From Priapulus caudatus (Eukaryota), in contig NW_014577075.1 in NCBI RefSeq assembly GCF_000485595.1, forward strand, positions 37,021 through 101,020: 64,000 bases of DNA, given 5' to 3'. The translations under genes were made by a program, and so were the position numbers. Positions within the stretch are counted from its first letter, which is position 1. Every line of letters starts with the position of its first letter. Shown here in pieces: positions 1 to 14,000 of this stretch. The notes beneath the pieces are model-generated. The model worked only from the letters and a program-made list of their open reading frames with translations. It ran no database searches and had not been told where the DNA came from.

Positions 1-88
<88 letters not shown>
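1..88. repeat. (AG)n microsatellite
   Basis: direct reading. Confidence 0.99.
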
Positions 89-91
<3 letters not shown>

Positions 92-467
92 ACGCACGGG
101 GTGAAACAACGTGATGGGCAGTGGTTAATACAATAGCCGAACACAATAAACGTACAACAGCAGCAATGCCTGTGTAGCAATCTAGCTAGGAATCTTTGTA
201 ATATATTGTAAGCACAACTCCATTATTGTTAAAATTTAGTGGTAAATCGAATAAATGTGAATAATAATAATAATGTAATAAAGTGAATAACTGAAGGATT
301 TACTAACCGATTCGTGTGGTGTCATTACCTGAACAGTGAGTGCCATCTTAATATAATATCTTGTACATGTTGTAAGCACGACTGCAGTATCTTCAAAATT
401 TGGTGGGGAATCAAAATAAGCAAAGATTCGAATGATTTAGTAAGTGATTAGTGCGTGAGTTATTTAC

Positions 468-590
468 CGGTACAGTGCGTTCCATTGCCCTCGTAGCCGG
501 GCTTGCACGTGCAGTAGTAGCTGTCTATGGTGTCGTGGCACTCAGAGAATGGATGACACTTGTGCTCATTGCTCCTGCACTCATTCTCAT
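468..590 (-). CDS. uif: exon 66: cbEGF
   Basis: [12 protein letters not shown]...[12 protein letters not shown]. Confidence 0.93.
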
Positions 591-2532
591 CTGCAACGCA
601 CGTGAAGCTACCGTAAACACATGAGTCGCACTACATTTACACGCGAGCGACGAACAACGATACATATATATGCATGACTCCAAGATATAGAACTGTCATT
701 ATATATCCTCTGCTGTGTATGACCTCTGCTCATGCACAGGCCATAAACGTAAGGTCAGCATGTTGTCACGTCGCATGGATAACTTACAGAATTACAAATA
801 CTGTGACACCAACAACGTCAAATGATGAAGCCAATTTCTACAATTTTACAACATTGCCTTATAAAAAGATTTTATTATTCGTGTTTCTGCATCCTGATCA
901 CAGTTCGCTCATGATATCGCATTACAGTTTTAGCACACACAAACACACACCCACGCATGTACTTACATATGCAGACACACCGCATGCACATACTCCCACA
1001 CATACATACCTTTGCAAGTGAAACCATCTCCCTTGAAGCCTGGGTTACAGATGCAGCTGTAGGTGTTGGGTGGAGCTAGGTCGATGCACTTCGCTTGTGC
1101 GTGACAGCGTGCCTCGCCTGACTTGCATTCGTTAGTGGCTGCAAGAAACCATACACAGCAATGATCCTCGTGACGCGGTGTAACAGCAATTCAGTCATGT
1201 GTAGCTTCCCCAGGAGTATATAATGAACCTTGTGATAAACCACGTACTCCTTTCTATGAATGATCTGCCATATGTGTCGACATTCCAAAGCCTGCATCCT
1301 TCCAATACACAGCTTGGCATTTTAGGGGTAGATGCATGTCTCTCTGAGGATAGCCAGAGGATCAAGGGGGATCAAGTAAATTATTAAACTACCCAGCAAA
1401 TCTTCAATCAGATTAACAAATTGATCGTGATTACAATCATCAAATTAATCTAATAATAATCAGATTAACTTGATGCCGTGACACTCACAACATGCACCAA
1501 GATGTGAGAGATTACAAGAACCTATGCTCAGACAATATGCTATAAATGCCATTAGGTGGCAGCACACTCACATATGCACTGCTCTTGGTTGGTGGCTCCC
1601 TCTGTGCGGGTCGTGAACTCCGATGTGGGCGTACACTTGATACAGCTGGTCTGCTCGGCTGCTGGCTGATATTCGCCGACGCGACATAGGACGCAGCGGT
1701 TAACCTCGGTATCGAGGTATGAACCGGCAACGCATCGTGCTGCAACGATCATTTACATAATGTATGACATGTTACACGTTGTACGACATGGTTGTACATG
1801 GTTAACGACATACAGTGTACAACATGACATACATGGTGTATAACACGTTGATGTGCGGCATGCTATACAGTGTACGATATGTAAGTGCATGAAATATTAT
1901 GCAGTGTATGGCACGTTACATAGTGTTTGACATGCTGTTCTATATTGTCCCATAATGACAATATTGATTTTGACATGCTATGAAATACTGGTAACGAATA
2001 GGCTTCACTAGCAATCAGATTTATTAATTAACGTCTAATTATGGAGGCTCTTGACATAGACGAGTGAGAGCACATTAGATATGGCATATCACCAGTGATA
2101 TACACTTGACAAGCATTAAGTGATGCATCTATCACAACTAAATCCATTATGCGGGAGAAATTAAAACTAATCTATGCACAACTGTTATCTACAACCAGTA
2201 GTAGAGCGCTAAAGAGATGACAGCATCATTGTACTGAGAGTGCAAGGTGATATATATATAACTTACGAACGATGCAGTCTTCCTCGCCCTCTGCTCCCAC
2301 GCCCTGAGTGGTGCGTGACAATGGACATTCGATACACACAGTGTGCAAGAGGGCATTTCTGTAGCTGCCACGCGGACACGGCGCGCATTGCCCACTAGAG
2401 GTCAGCTCAGTGCCCGACGGACACTCCTCTGAAGGTGACAGACAGAGAAAATGAAGTAAGAATCAGTCACAGGCATCTTTCACTGGTTTCTGTACTTTAT
2501 GATTTACATCATCATTGTCGTGATTTGATATA

Positions 2533-2566
<34 letters not shown>

Positions 2567-5433
2567 TATTCAAATATATGTATATTTGATTCAATTCATA
2601 TATATACAAATTGAAATATATATTGGCAATCTCTGCTTTGCATAGATGGCAAGGCAGGTGAATTGCCAACAAGCTAGTTTGTAGCAACAATCAAATGAAA
2701 TACCATGCGCTACGCTATCACTATTATAACGCTAATCATATATAATACCTTGATTCTTTAATAATTAAATGATTTTATACAAATTATTAATCGCTGTAAT
2801 CGTTAAGGCTCACCGAAGCACTGGCTGCGAGACGTTGCATTCTTCATGTGCGTCGTCATGAACACGGGGCACGGCTCGCACGCGAAGCTGCCCTCTAGTG
2901 GCTGATAGAAGCCGAAGCCGCACGGTCGGCAGCGCCCCCCCGTGGTGTCGTAGCTGTAGCCGGCACGACACACCTCCTTGCAGTCGGCTCGCCGCATCGC
3001 GCCTGCGCCGCGCGTCGTGCCCGGGTGACCGTTGACGATGGGGCAGGTCGTGCATGCATTCGACGCCTGCTCGTCGCTGTACGTTGCGACGGGGCAGGCA
3101 ATGCACGCGCGCGTCGCCGCCTCCCAGTACGTTCCCTTGGCGCAGTTCACTGCAAGTAGTAGGAGTTTCGTTTACGATATCATCAAGAGCTAATAATACC
3201 TTGATATCATACACAGCTGCTTTCCAATAATTAGATCATATCAGGTCAAAGGTGAGTGGGTCTGGCAGTTTCTCGAAAGTGGTGTGATCCAGGTCTCATT
3301 CACTGATCAGGGAACTTTGCCATCATCTAAAGGAATTTTTTCGTGAGGCACGATAGCGTTACGATATTTGACGGAGTGCTACTGAAAATCCTGCGCATAT
3401 ATCTATGTATAAAATTAATTAATTTCGATAAATTAAATTCTAAAAACTAAATGATTTCATGTGAAAAAAAGAAATAAAATGATATCCAATGAGATTACTT
3501 CAGGATCTACACATCGATCGTATTTACCGCAGTCTGTGCCGATGAGAACTTGTCCATCGTCGCACATGTAGTCTATGTCGATCTTGAACGTGTCCAGGTC
3601 GGGTTCGAGGCCCGGCAGGGTGTCTTGGAAGTCAAACCCGTTTTCGACAAGCACGTCGTTCTCCACGACCTCACGCACGGTCGAGCTGTCTCCCGTCTCC
3701 GCGTCGGTCACCGGGTCGCTGTGTGAGAGATGGTGGCAACCATTAATACATACCCAAGTACGATCATCATAATATGTCGACAGATTTCATCGTATTCCTG
3801 ATCGTGTACAGAATACGTGAAAAAAAAATCCATTCCAAGATGAATTCGCGATATTAATTGGAATGATGGTTTCCACGTGGACGTCACGTACTGCCATGCA
3901 CGCTACATGTCTGCCACGATAAGCAATTCTGTTGCCATCTAACACATTTACACCACTTGCTATGCCCAGACGTACTCTACCCAGTTGGTAACTAGCCACA
4001 TGTAGTACCCTCTATATGCAACATCAATCCTCAAACATCATGCATACGAAATTCATAATAAATTCAGCTACTTCTCTTATATAGGTGCATAGGTACTGCT
4101 GTACTGTGGCGTTAGCTATTGAAGCAGTCATCGACGGCATACAAGACAGGATACCTGGCTGCAGGGAAGGCCATCTCAATGGTGTAATGGCGGTTAGGGT
4201 CAGCCTGTCTCTTGCTGCGCTGTGCACCTTGGCACTGCACTGTGACATCCAGCCCTCCACAATCCCCATTAGATGCAGTCTTGTGACATAGATGCCACCT
4301 GTAGATAGTTACTTGCATATGAAAGGGCTCTTAACTATGCACCTCACTGTACACTAAGATTCACGTGGACATCTACGAATTAGCGGATTGAAAATTACAT
4401 CCGATTAATTTCCTGTTCGTGCCTGGGTACGTACATTGAAGCAGAACATTGCTTACTGTTATTCAACTTCTAACGATATCATCATTACTATAAACAAGAG
4501 AACACAAGAACTAGTTAGGAGCTAAAGTGTACTTCGTTATGTAGTAAATCAAAAATAAGCTATATACAAGTAGACCAAAGCATAGAAAATATTGAATGCC
4601 CTGTTTTTTGTCTAGACACACCTGCTATGACCAACACGAACCACTGCTAGTTTCACACTATGGGTGAGGAACCACATACGTTCCACTCCACCCTGCACTC
4701 ACCTGCTGTTAAGTTGCTGCAGGCGTTTCTGCACCTGCTTCTCCAGTTCTTGCATGCCAGCCTCGTTGCACAGGGTAGCTTTTGGGTATTCCACTACAGA
4801 CCTGAACATCCTCACCCCGGGACTGGAATCTGCAAAATACGTAGAAAGCACGTGTGAGAGTCACATTGTGTCTCTTATGTCACCTATTAACAGTTGTCAC
4901 CTCTACACAGTACCGCAAGTAGCATTATGTTTCTGTCATCGGCTACTATACTTACAGGAACATGCAGGGAATGTCAGTAGTCCCTCATCCTCCAGCTCTG
5001 GCCGCCATACTGCATCTGCGCCGCACACGTAGAAGGTCGGAACGTCGCGCGAAAACTTCAGCGGTGCCTCGCATGCTATGCTGCACTCTCTGTATTTGTA
5101 AGCACATCAAACATCAAGCATATGAGAGGCACATCGAACTAATCATGTGCCTTATAAGAAATTATTGCTGATACAGGTGGAATAACACAGTTGGAATACA
5201 GGCTGCTCTCATAGGTTGATTGACCTAGATTCAATCATAATAGTACCGAGCAGAACGAGAGCACTAACAACGCGAGGCTTGATTTCTGTATTAACTTGAC
5301 TGGCAGACAGATCGATAATCCTTGCTGCTTTCTTTTTATATATAGCACAATCATAACAGATATCACCTGTAGGTGGCACTCCATTCACAATATGCTTACA
5401 GCTCAGTGTTATCATGAACATACACGTACATTA

Positions 5434-5482
<49 letters not shown>

Positions 5483-6456
5483 AACTCGCAAATCAAACGA
5501 ACAGACACGGTGTTCCGATGCGACGAGGAATGTGTGTGTGCGTGTGAGTGTGCGTGTGCGTGTGTACATACATATGTATATATATAGTATGTTTATTAAG
5601 ATGGCATTATTAGTATGATATACAGTAATTAATAACATGAATAACAGAAATAACGAATTCCAGCTCCCCATGCCATCCATGTACAACTCACCCTTATCAC
5701 AGGCTCTGCCAGTAGTGTTGAATGGACATCTACAGAAGAACTCATCCACGCCGTCGATGCAGACTGCGTTGGAAGGACACGAGGCAGGCGTACAGTCATT
5801 CATGTTCACCTGAAACCACACATGATGTGCTACCATTATTGATCACGTCTACTCTCTCACAGGTTTTCTACATCTCGTGTACACGAGCTGAAAGTTGGGT
5901 AGACAGGCAAGTTTAGCCACAATGTTGGAAGTCACCAGAGTGAGTACAACAATGTTCAACTTCATCAGTTACTTAATTGGTATATATGTGTGCATGCGTT
6001 TGTGTGTGTGTGTGTGTGCGTGTGCATGTTCGTGTGTGTGCGTGTGCATGTTCGTGTTTGTGCGTGCTCGTATTCGTGTTCGTGTTCGTGTGCGTGCGTG
6101 TGTAAGTGTGTGTGTGTGAAACAATACAATAATATTGTATATGTTTATGCTAACACTCACGTTACAGTTCTGTCCAGTGTAGCCAGCAGCACACGTGCAC
6201 ACGTATCCACTCGGACGATCTTCACACGTGGCACCGTGAAGGCACGGACTCAATTCACAAGTGTTAGCTGCTATCTGACATCCCTCGCCCACGTAACCTG
6301 CACCAAGAACACACACACATAGAGCTGCCACATTAACAGACGTTATTATCTTACAATAATTACGAGTTTAATCTATGCTGCATCTACAGAATTTTGACTT
6401 CCCACATTCCAAATATATATTTTGTACTCTTCATCACAGAACACTTTTCTCTTACC

Positions 6457-6526
<70 letters not shown>

Positions 6527-9500
6527 TCACAGTATCTCATTCATCATTACGGCACCTGTATTTGTTGCCGGGTCCCCACGACTGGCACGTGCGGGTGCCG
6601 CCCTCTGGTCCCGATGGCAGTGTCGCGCAGACATCCTTCAGTACATAGATCTTGAACATGCAGACGGCCATGTTGTTGGACGTATCGCGAGCGATGTACG
6701 ACACGGTGTGCTCGCCCCACATGAACTGCATGCCTGCACGGTGGAGACACGCACTGTTAGTTATCGCCTGCTGCCGGCTGACAGTTATTACATGCCGCAC
6801 AGTTATAAACGAATGACAAAAATAAAACAAGCTGCACAGTGTTGTGTGTTCCTCCCCTTCAAAAAAGAATGAAGTCGATTCAAAGGTGCATGAAGAAAAT
6901 GAAAATTGAAAGTAAATTCAATTAATAAATCATAGTGAAGTCATAGTATTCGACCAGGTCACCTTCCGTTTCAGCAGAGGTCATATATAGGCATGGTAAT
7001 ATCTATTGGCCATCAGTATAGGAGCGCATACCTGAAGCGTGTGATGACTCGATGCCGTTAGCAGCTATCCCGACGTTGTCCACAAACCTGGGTTCCGTCC
7101 AGGTTACCTTCACCTGTTTCTTGTCACCAGCTAGCATGACGATGTCCTCGGGGCAGTAGACAACCGTAGGCGGAATCTTGTCTACAAGGAACGAAACACC
7201 ACTCATGTAACTGATCAGTCGATCGGTTGATACTTTCTATAACGATTTACAATTAGCTAACAGTTCCAATGTATGTTGATGATCACTTCCATCTGGCCTG
7301 GGCCTATTACCATCTTTGCTCAGGCCTGATGAACACTTCCTGACATTTTCTGTAACACTTTATACATGACATTAAGACAATCAGTGCGTTCACGTGAGAT
7401 AGTTACTCGCAAATTTTAAAGTGAGTTAGAATGAACACAAAGAAACATATATGTATAGCTTTAAAAGTGTTCTACTGCTTTAGAAAAAATTTTACCCAAA
7501 AAGTCGCAAGCTATACAAACGAGGATATACGAGGATGCGATGCATCATAGAACCATGTCTGCTTTATCTGCATCTCAGGTTAGTCTCCACAATTCCTCTT
7601 TACAGACCAGTTTTATGTCTCAACGTGTATTATTTTAATATATAGTAAGTTTCATCTTAGTGACCACACTATACGTACAGTCACACTCTGCGCTTCACAT
7701 CTACAAACGCCCACCAATCACCAGGTTTCAACACCTCAACATCTTGCGCCGACACGGCGATTGCCCCACCCGCTCGCACTTACCTGATACGGGCACATCG
7801 CACCGGTCTCCCTGGAACTCGGGATCGCAAATGCGCTGGCCACACGTGGTCGGCGTGGAGACCTCGACGTGTCCGCGCATGTCGTTGTAGCCGGCCCAGC
7901 GAAGCACGAGGCCGCGGAAGTTCACCGGTGCTGCCATGCAGCTTCTCACCTGTCAGTAACGAGCGAGCACGTCATGACCGCTCATCTACGATTACACCAC
8001 TAACGCTGTCTACAGTCAACCCTGTACGCAAGCGACAGCTAAGGGAAAGCCAGAAATTGGCGTCCTGTATCGACTGGTTTCCGTTTTATAGAGACGTCGC
8101 TTGCCATATAAATGTGATAAATGTTATTTTGTTGATATTACTACTGCCAATTGCATCTCGATGTATACTTGGTGTACAAACACAAACTTATCACACAGGC
8201 GGCTGGATTTCAGGACCAGTTCTAGGAAGACAAGCGACAAGCATGTTGAGAGGTAGGAGAAAGAGCAAAAACGGACTGTTCACTTAGCAACTATATTTAT
8301 CGTTACTGTAACCGTAACTGTACAGTGTCAACAAAAATGTAACGGTAACTGTCACTTGTGAATCTAGGGTATCTATACCTGAGCAGGCATTTCCTCAGTG
8401 AAGCTAAGAACACGGTTCCACACGTTGACACGGCTGAGGTAACCTCTGAACCCGCGGCCTGGTACGGCCATGCCCGTGTGCGCGTCCACACGGCTACCCA
8501 GCGTCGTCCACACACTGCAAGTCACGAACATATGAGTGACGGCAGGTATAATACAGAATATAATACACAACTCTACACACGTCTAAAGTATTGAACTTGA
8601 ATCAATTGAAAAACTGGCCAATGTTGCAATTTTGTCTTCAATAGGGTGATTAATACGGCTTTTCCATGAGAATTTGCACCATTTATTTTACATAGAATAG
8701 GCTTGGTAATACCTCATAGGTAAGGTCAGTCCCTGTCCGTAGCCGGTGCCGCTGGCCTCCGGAATGCGCACCCCATGCCAGATGAGAGCATAGGCACCAG
8801 TGTCTGAACTCCATGTAAAGGCAAGATGGTGCCATTTACCTGCAAGATTTACCGAGCAAAACTTTAACCCGCTCTTACTCTTGTGTGAGCAATGAACAGA
8901 TCTCCTGCATGAGCCTTTTCTAATGCCTATTCATTTTTAAACAGTTTGACATCATTCCGGAATTAAACGGATTTGGATTTTTTGGTGAATGACGATGTAT
9001 GTACGAGGGATCTAAACTAATCAAGCCAATTCGTGTGACATGACTAGGGTGATGGCCACGGACGGTTACGATTAGAGTTATGGCTACGGTTATGGATTAC
9101 GATTAGGGTTAGGGGGTGATGTGCGGAGTATGAAGTATGTATATGATGGCAGCAGATCGGTGGCAGGAGAGCTTACCGTCGTTGACGGGTCGATTGTCTC
9201 CGTACTTGAGCAGCATTGTCGTGTCCTTGAACACGGTCACGTGAACGCCCTCACTGTCAAACCGCAGCATCTGCCTCAGACCCGCAGCCTTCGTGACGGA
9301 CCTACGCATAACGAACGGACACACGCGAGGTGTCATAACACAGATGTCATTACAGAATGTATCCGATTTATAGTCTTTCGCATGCGTCATTATGTCGTAG
9401 ACAGTCTGCTAAGCCTATAAGTAACTAACTTGAATTAATCTTGAAATAAGATCATTATAGGATCTTTCTCTAAACATATCTAGTTACAGACGTTCCCTTG

Positions 9501-11045
9501 TTAACTCAACGGGGTGACAGATAATCGCGAGGACCTTATAGTATGACACAGGTGTTGGTGGGTGCACTGCAGGGCTACAGTGCAGGGGTTCTCTGGCAAC
9601 ACTCTGAGTCAGTCATAGCCAAGAAGATCGCACGAGAACATACTTAAAATATGATAATATTTATTAACAATGTATATTGTATATGTGTGAGTCTCACACA
9701 AATCTAATCTACGAATCTAAGAAGAAGGGTAAATGAACTTACTTTGACTGGAACATTGTGAAGAACGTTCCTCGCTCGGCATCTGTAGTGAAGCGCACCC
9801 ACATGGCGACGGTGAGCCCGGGAGAACCTAGCGGCACAGGGTAGGGCAGCGAGGCACTCGCGTTTTTGTACTCCCCGCTGAACTTCAGGTCATAGGCAAC
9901 ATTAATTTCTGAAAAACGAAACACAATGTGTGCGAATGTGACACATACCATTGTATATGAATCAGTTGGCAACAAAATGTTTGGTTTTCATATATACATA
10001 CATATATATATATATAGATATAAATATATATATATATAGATATAAATATTATAATATAAAATATATATGTTATATCTGTGTGTGGCGCGGTGTGTGCGTG
10101 TGTTGCATGTGTAGTGTCGTGTGAGTTTGCGGTGCGTGTTACATACATATGTATAATAATAGTAGTTTATTAAGATGGATTATTAGTATGATTACAGGAA
10201 TTAATAACATGAATAACAGAAATAGAAATTCCAGTTCCCCATGGCACTCACTGGTACAGACCACCCTTAATCACGGCTCTGGCATAGTGTCTGATGGACA
10301 TCTTACAGAAAAGAACTCATCCACGCCTCGATGCAGACTGGTTGAGAAGGACACGAAGCGCAGCGTAACAGTCATTCATGTTACCTGAAACCACAACGAT
10401 GATGTCTCCATATTTGATCACGGTCTACTCTCTCAACAGGTTTCTAGCATCTCGCTGTACACGAGCTTGAAGTTGGCTGTAGACAGGCAGTTTAGTCCAC
10501 AATGTTGGAAGTCACACAGAGTGATACAACAATTTCAACTTCATCAGTTACTTAATTGGTAATATGTGTGGCATGCGTTTGTGTGTGGTGTGGTGCGTGT
10601 GCATGTTCGTGTTCGTGCGTGTGCAGTTCGTGTTTGTGCGTGCTGTATTCGTGTTCGGTTCGTGTGCGTTGCGGGTGTAAGTGTGTGCTGTTAACAAATA
10701 CATATATTGGTATATGTTTTAGCTAACCTCAACGTTACAGTTTGTCCAGTGTAGCCCGCAGCACACGTGCACACGTATCCACTGCGCGATGTTCACACGT
10801 GGCACGGTGAAGCACGACTTCAATTCACAAGTGTTAGCTGCTATCTGACATCCTCGCCACGAACCTGCCAGCAAGAACAACACAAATAGGCTGCAAATTA
10901 GAAGTTATTATCTTTACAAATAATTACGTTTATCTATGCATGCTCTACAGAAATTTGACTTCCCACATTCAAATATATATTTGGTACTCTTCATCACAGA
11001 ACACTTTCTCTTACATGATATTGATATGAGTAATGTATGTTATGA

Positions 11046-11080
<35 letters not shown>

Positions 11081-14000
11081 TATATATAAATAATATATTA
11101 GAATTTTATATATAGAAGCTGCAGAAAATTATCAATGTCGAGGTCAGAGCATAGGAAAGCTCCTAAAAACGTCATCGATTCCTTCTCTTTCTCTTTCCCA
11201 TCTTCCTCATATCTCCCTCCCTCTCTTTCTCTCCCTCCTTATCGCCTTCTGTCATTCTCTCTCTCTCTCTGAACTGGCGCCTTCATGTTTGTTACCTCGG
11301 GGACAGCTACACGAGACGTCGGTGCCTGTAGACACACACATGCCACCGTTGACACACGGGTTCCCTATGCATCGGTCTGACGTCGTATTGCAGTTCTTGC
11401 CGTCGGAGCCACCAAGACACCTGTGCACACATCACACCAAACTAACCTGTATTACTCCACGCTTGCATCGAACTCTCAGTAGTAATACACTCAAACTTGA
11501 ATATAAGAGCCACTCATAAGAAACTCCACGCCTCCTATATAGGCAGGTCTACATGGCTGGTTTCACTGTGTACCCCCACATGTACATCATAGTGAATCAC
11601 AGAGAAACCCTAGCTCTACCTGTGTAGCCCTTCGCTCCTGCTACAGCGTCCCTGTCATGGAAGTGAAGAGCTACACAGGTAGAACTAGGAAAACACCAAA
11701 AGTATGCTTCATAGACATGTGTTCTGTCGGGGCAACTGCTAACACAGATTTGACTGTACTTGCTATTTAAACAAATTATCGTTGGAAATATTAAAAAAGT
11801 CGGTATTTGCAGCAAAAGCAACAAACCAACGAGAAGCAAATAGCCATGCGGCAATAAACCTATGCCTGAAGACCACGTGAAAATTCCGGCGTGATTTTTT
11901 TCAACGAATTGAAATTCCCTAAACAAAGCAAGACCACAGTGCCTGAACTACACCAAACTCAGCGCATGGCCGAGCAATGCAATGCCACTCGACGTAAGCG
12001 AGGCGACCGTACCCGCAGAAGTAGTCGCCGAACACTGGTATGCAGGACGCGTTGTTCTGGCACGGTGTCGATACACAGAAGTCGATCGGTGTATCACATC
12101 TCAGACCCTCCCATCCTGGCTGACACTCACACTCAAACCCGCCCACCAGATCTATGCAGTTACCGCCGTTGGCGCAAGCGCCGATGAAGCAGTCGTCAAT
12201 TTGCACCTGAAGTATGGGTGAAGACATTAAACATTAACTGTGTGAAAGACGTGGCACAGATGCAGTAGGTAGCGAATTTCTTCTAACCTTATTACAATCT
12301 TCCATTTATTGTGCATATAATCGAGGTTATAGCACTGACATGCAGTTAGCATTTGTCAAGGTTCCTCTGAGTTTCTAAAAAGTTAATAGTGAGAAGAGTG
12401 ATAAAGGAAAAAACAGTGAGGAAAGAGAGATCGAGAGAGAGAGAGTAAGTGAGACATACCTCACAGAATTTGCCAGTGAATCCATCATAGCATTCACATT
12501 TAAAGTCATGGATCATGTCAATGCAAGACATCGTTCCCTCGGCACAACCAGCATTGCCACAGTTATCTATGTTGTGGCAATCCGCACCTGAAATCATGTG
12601 ATAAAGTAATGACGAATAATCAATTTACCTGTCCATTCGCATGAGATCACCACACCCCTTGGGAATTGTTGCTACATCAGTCAAGCAGGACCAGTTTGTA
12701 CGTGTATTTTAAGTGTGCTCGCAGAATTTTCAACCTTTGTGGCATTTTCTTACCAAGTATTGTCTTTAGGATGCCTTATTACAATGCTGATTGGCTAAAG
12801 CTTCCTGTCAATCACTCAAATTGGATATGTTAATTGATTATATTAGCATCAAGATATGAGAACAAATAACTGCAATGTAATTGCTACCTTTTAAAATGGA
12901 ACATCTTTTGGATTTCATCTAATTGGATCTACTCACGCTATACTACTACATGAAGTTACTAGTCTGAACAAAACATAAATATGTAAAGATAATATGTATT
13001 AATACGCACACATATAAGCAATGAACAAACGCTTTTGGTTCCTGCTCCCACAAAACATATGAAACCTAGCATTATACCAGATATATCACATACAGGATCA
13101 GGGGGGAGATAAGGACATAATTATAATAAGTCAAGTATAATAACTTAGAAAGTATAATATTTTCCTATTCCATCAGACATACCTGTAAAACCAGGCAGAC
13201 ACCTGCACTCAAATCTATCCACAAGATCAAAACATTTTGTATTGTTGAAGGTCAGACAAGGGGCAATCTCACACTCATCTATGTTGTGCTGGCAATTTCT
13301 TCCTGTGAATCCTGGTGGACAGGTACATGTGTACCTGCAGTAATACACAACATCACGTAACCATGGAAAAAGAGAAACTGGATAACGAATTAACAGATAA
13401 TAAACAAAGGCAATGTCACCAGCATTTCTACTAAAATAATGAACTGTGCTTTTACCATAACTACGAACTATGTTTTAATACAACCACGATCATATCTACA
13501 CAATAGCAAATATTATGTGTAATATACAATGTACAGATGCTACGACATATTTTATATCACTCGTTTATGACTTACCCCTCCATGGTGTTGCTACAGATTC
13601 CTTCGTTGGTGCAAGGAGCACCAGCGCAGTTATCCACGTTCTCCTCGCATGTCTCACCTGTGAAAAAGACAAAAACACAAGGTCGTTATTGTTTCTTGTG
13701 TATACACGCGCACAAAACGAGTTAGTTTTTCCATATGTATACGCACAACAAAGGCATATTGACGCAGCAATCGTTTCTAGGGTAAAGCCTGCTAGCATCA
13801 GCACGGGGGGGGGGGAGATGCAGCTCACCTGTGAATCCAGGCTCACAGATACAGGACGTGTTGTAGAGATTGTCGACGCACACTCCGCCGTGTGCGCACG
13901 GGTTCGGTTCACACAGACGCTGCTTCACCTCGCAACGCTTGCCGGTGAAGCCGTGCGGGCAGTCACAGTGGAAGTCTCTGAACAGATCCGTGCAGCTAGC

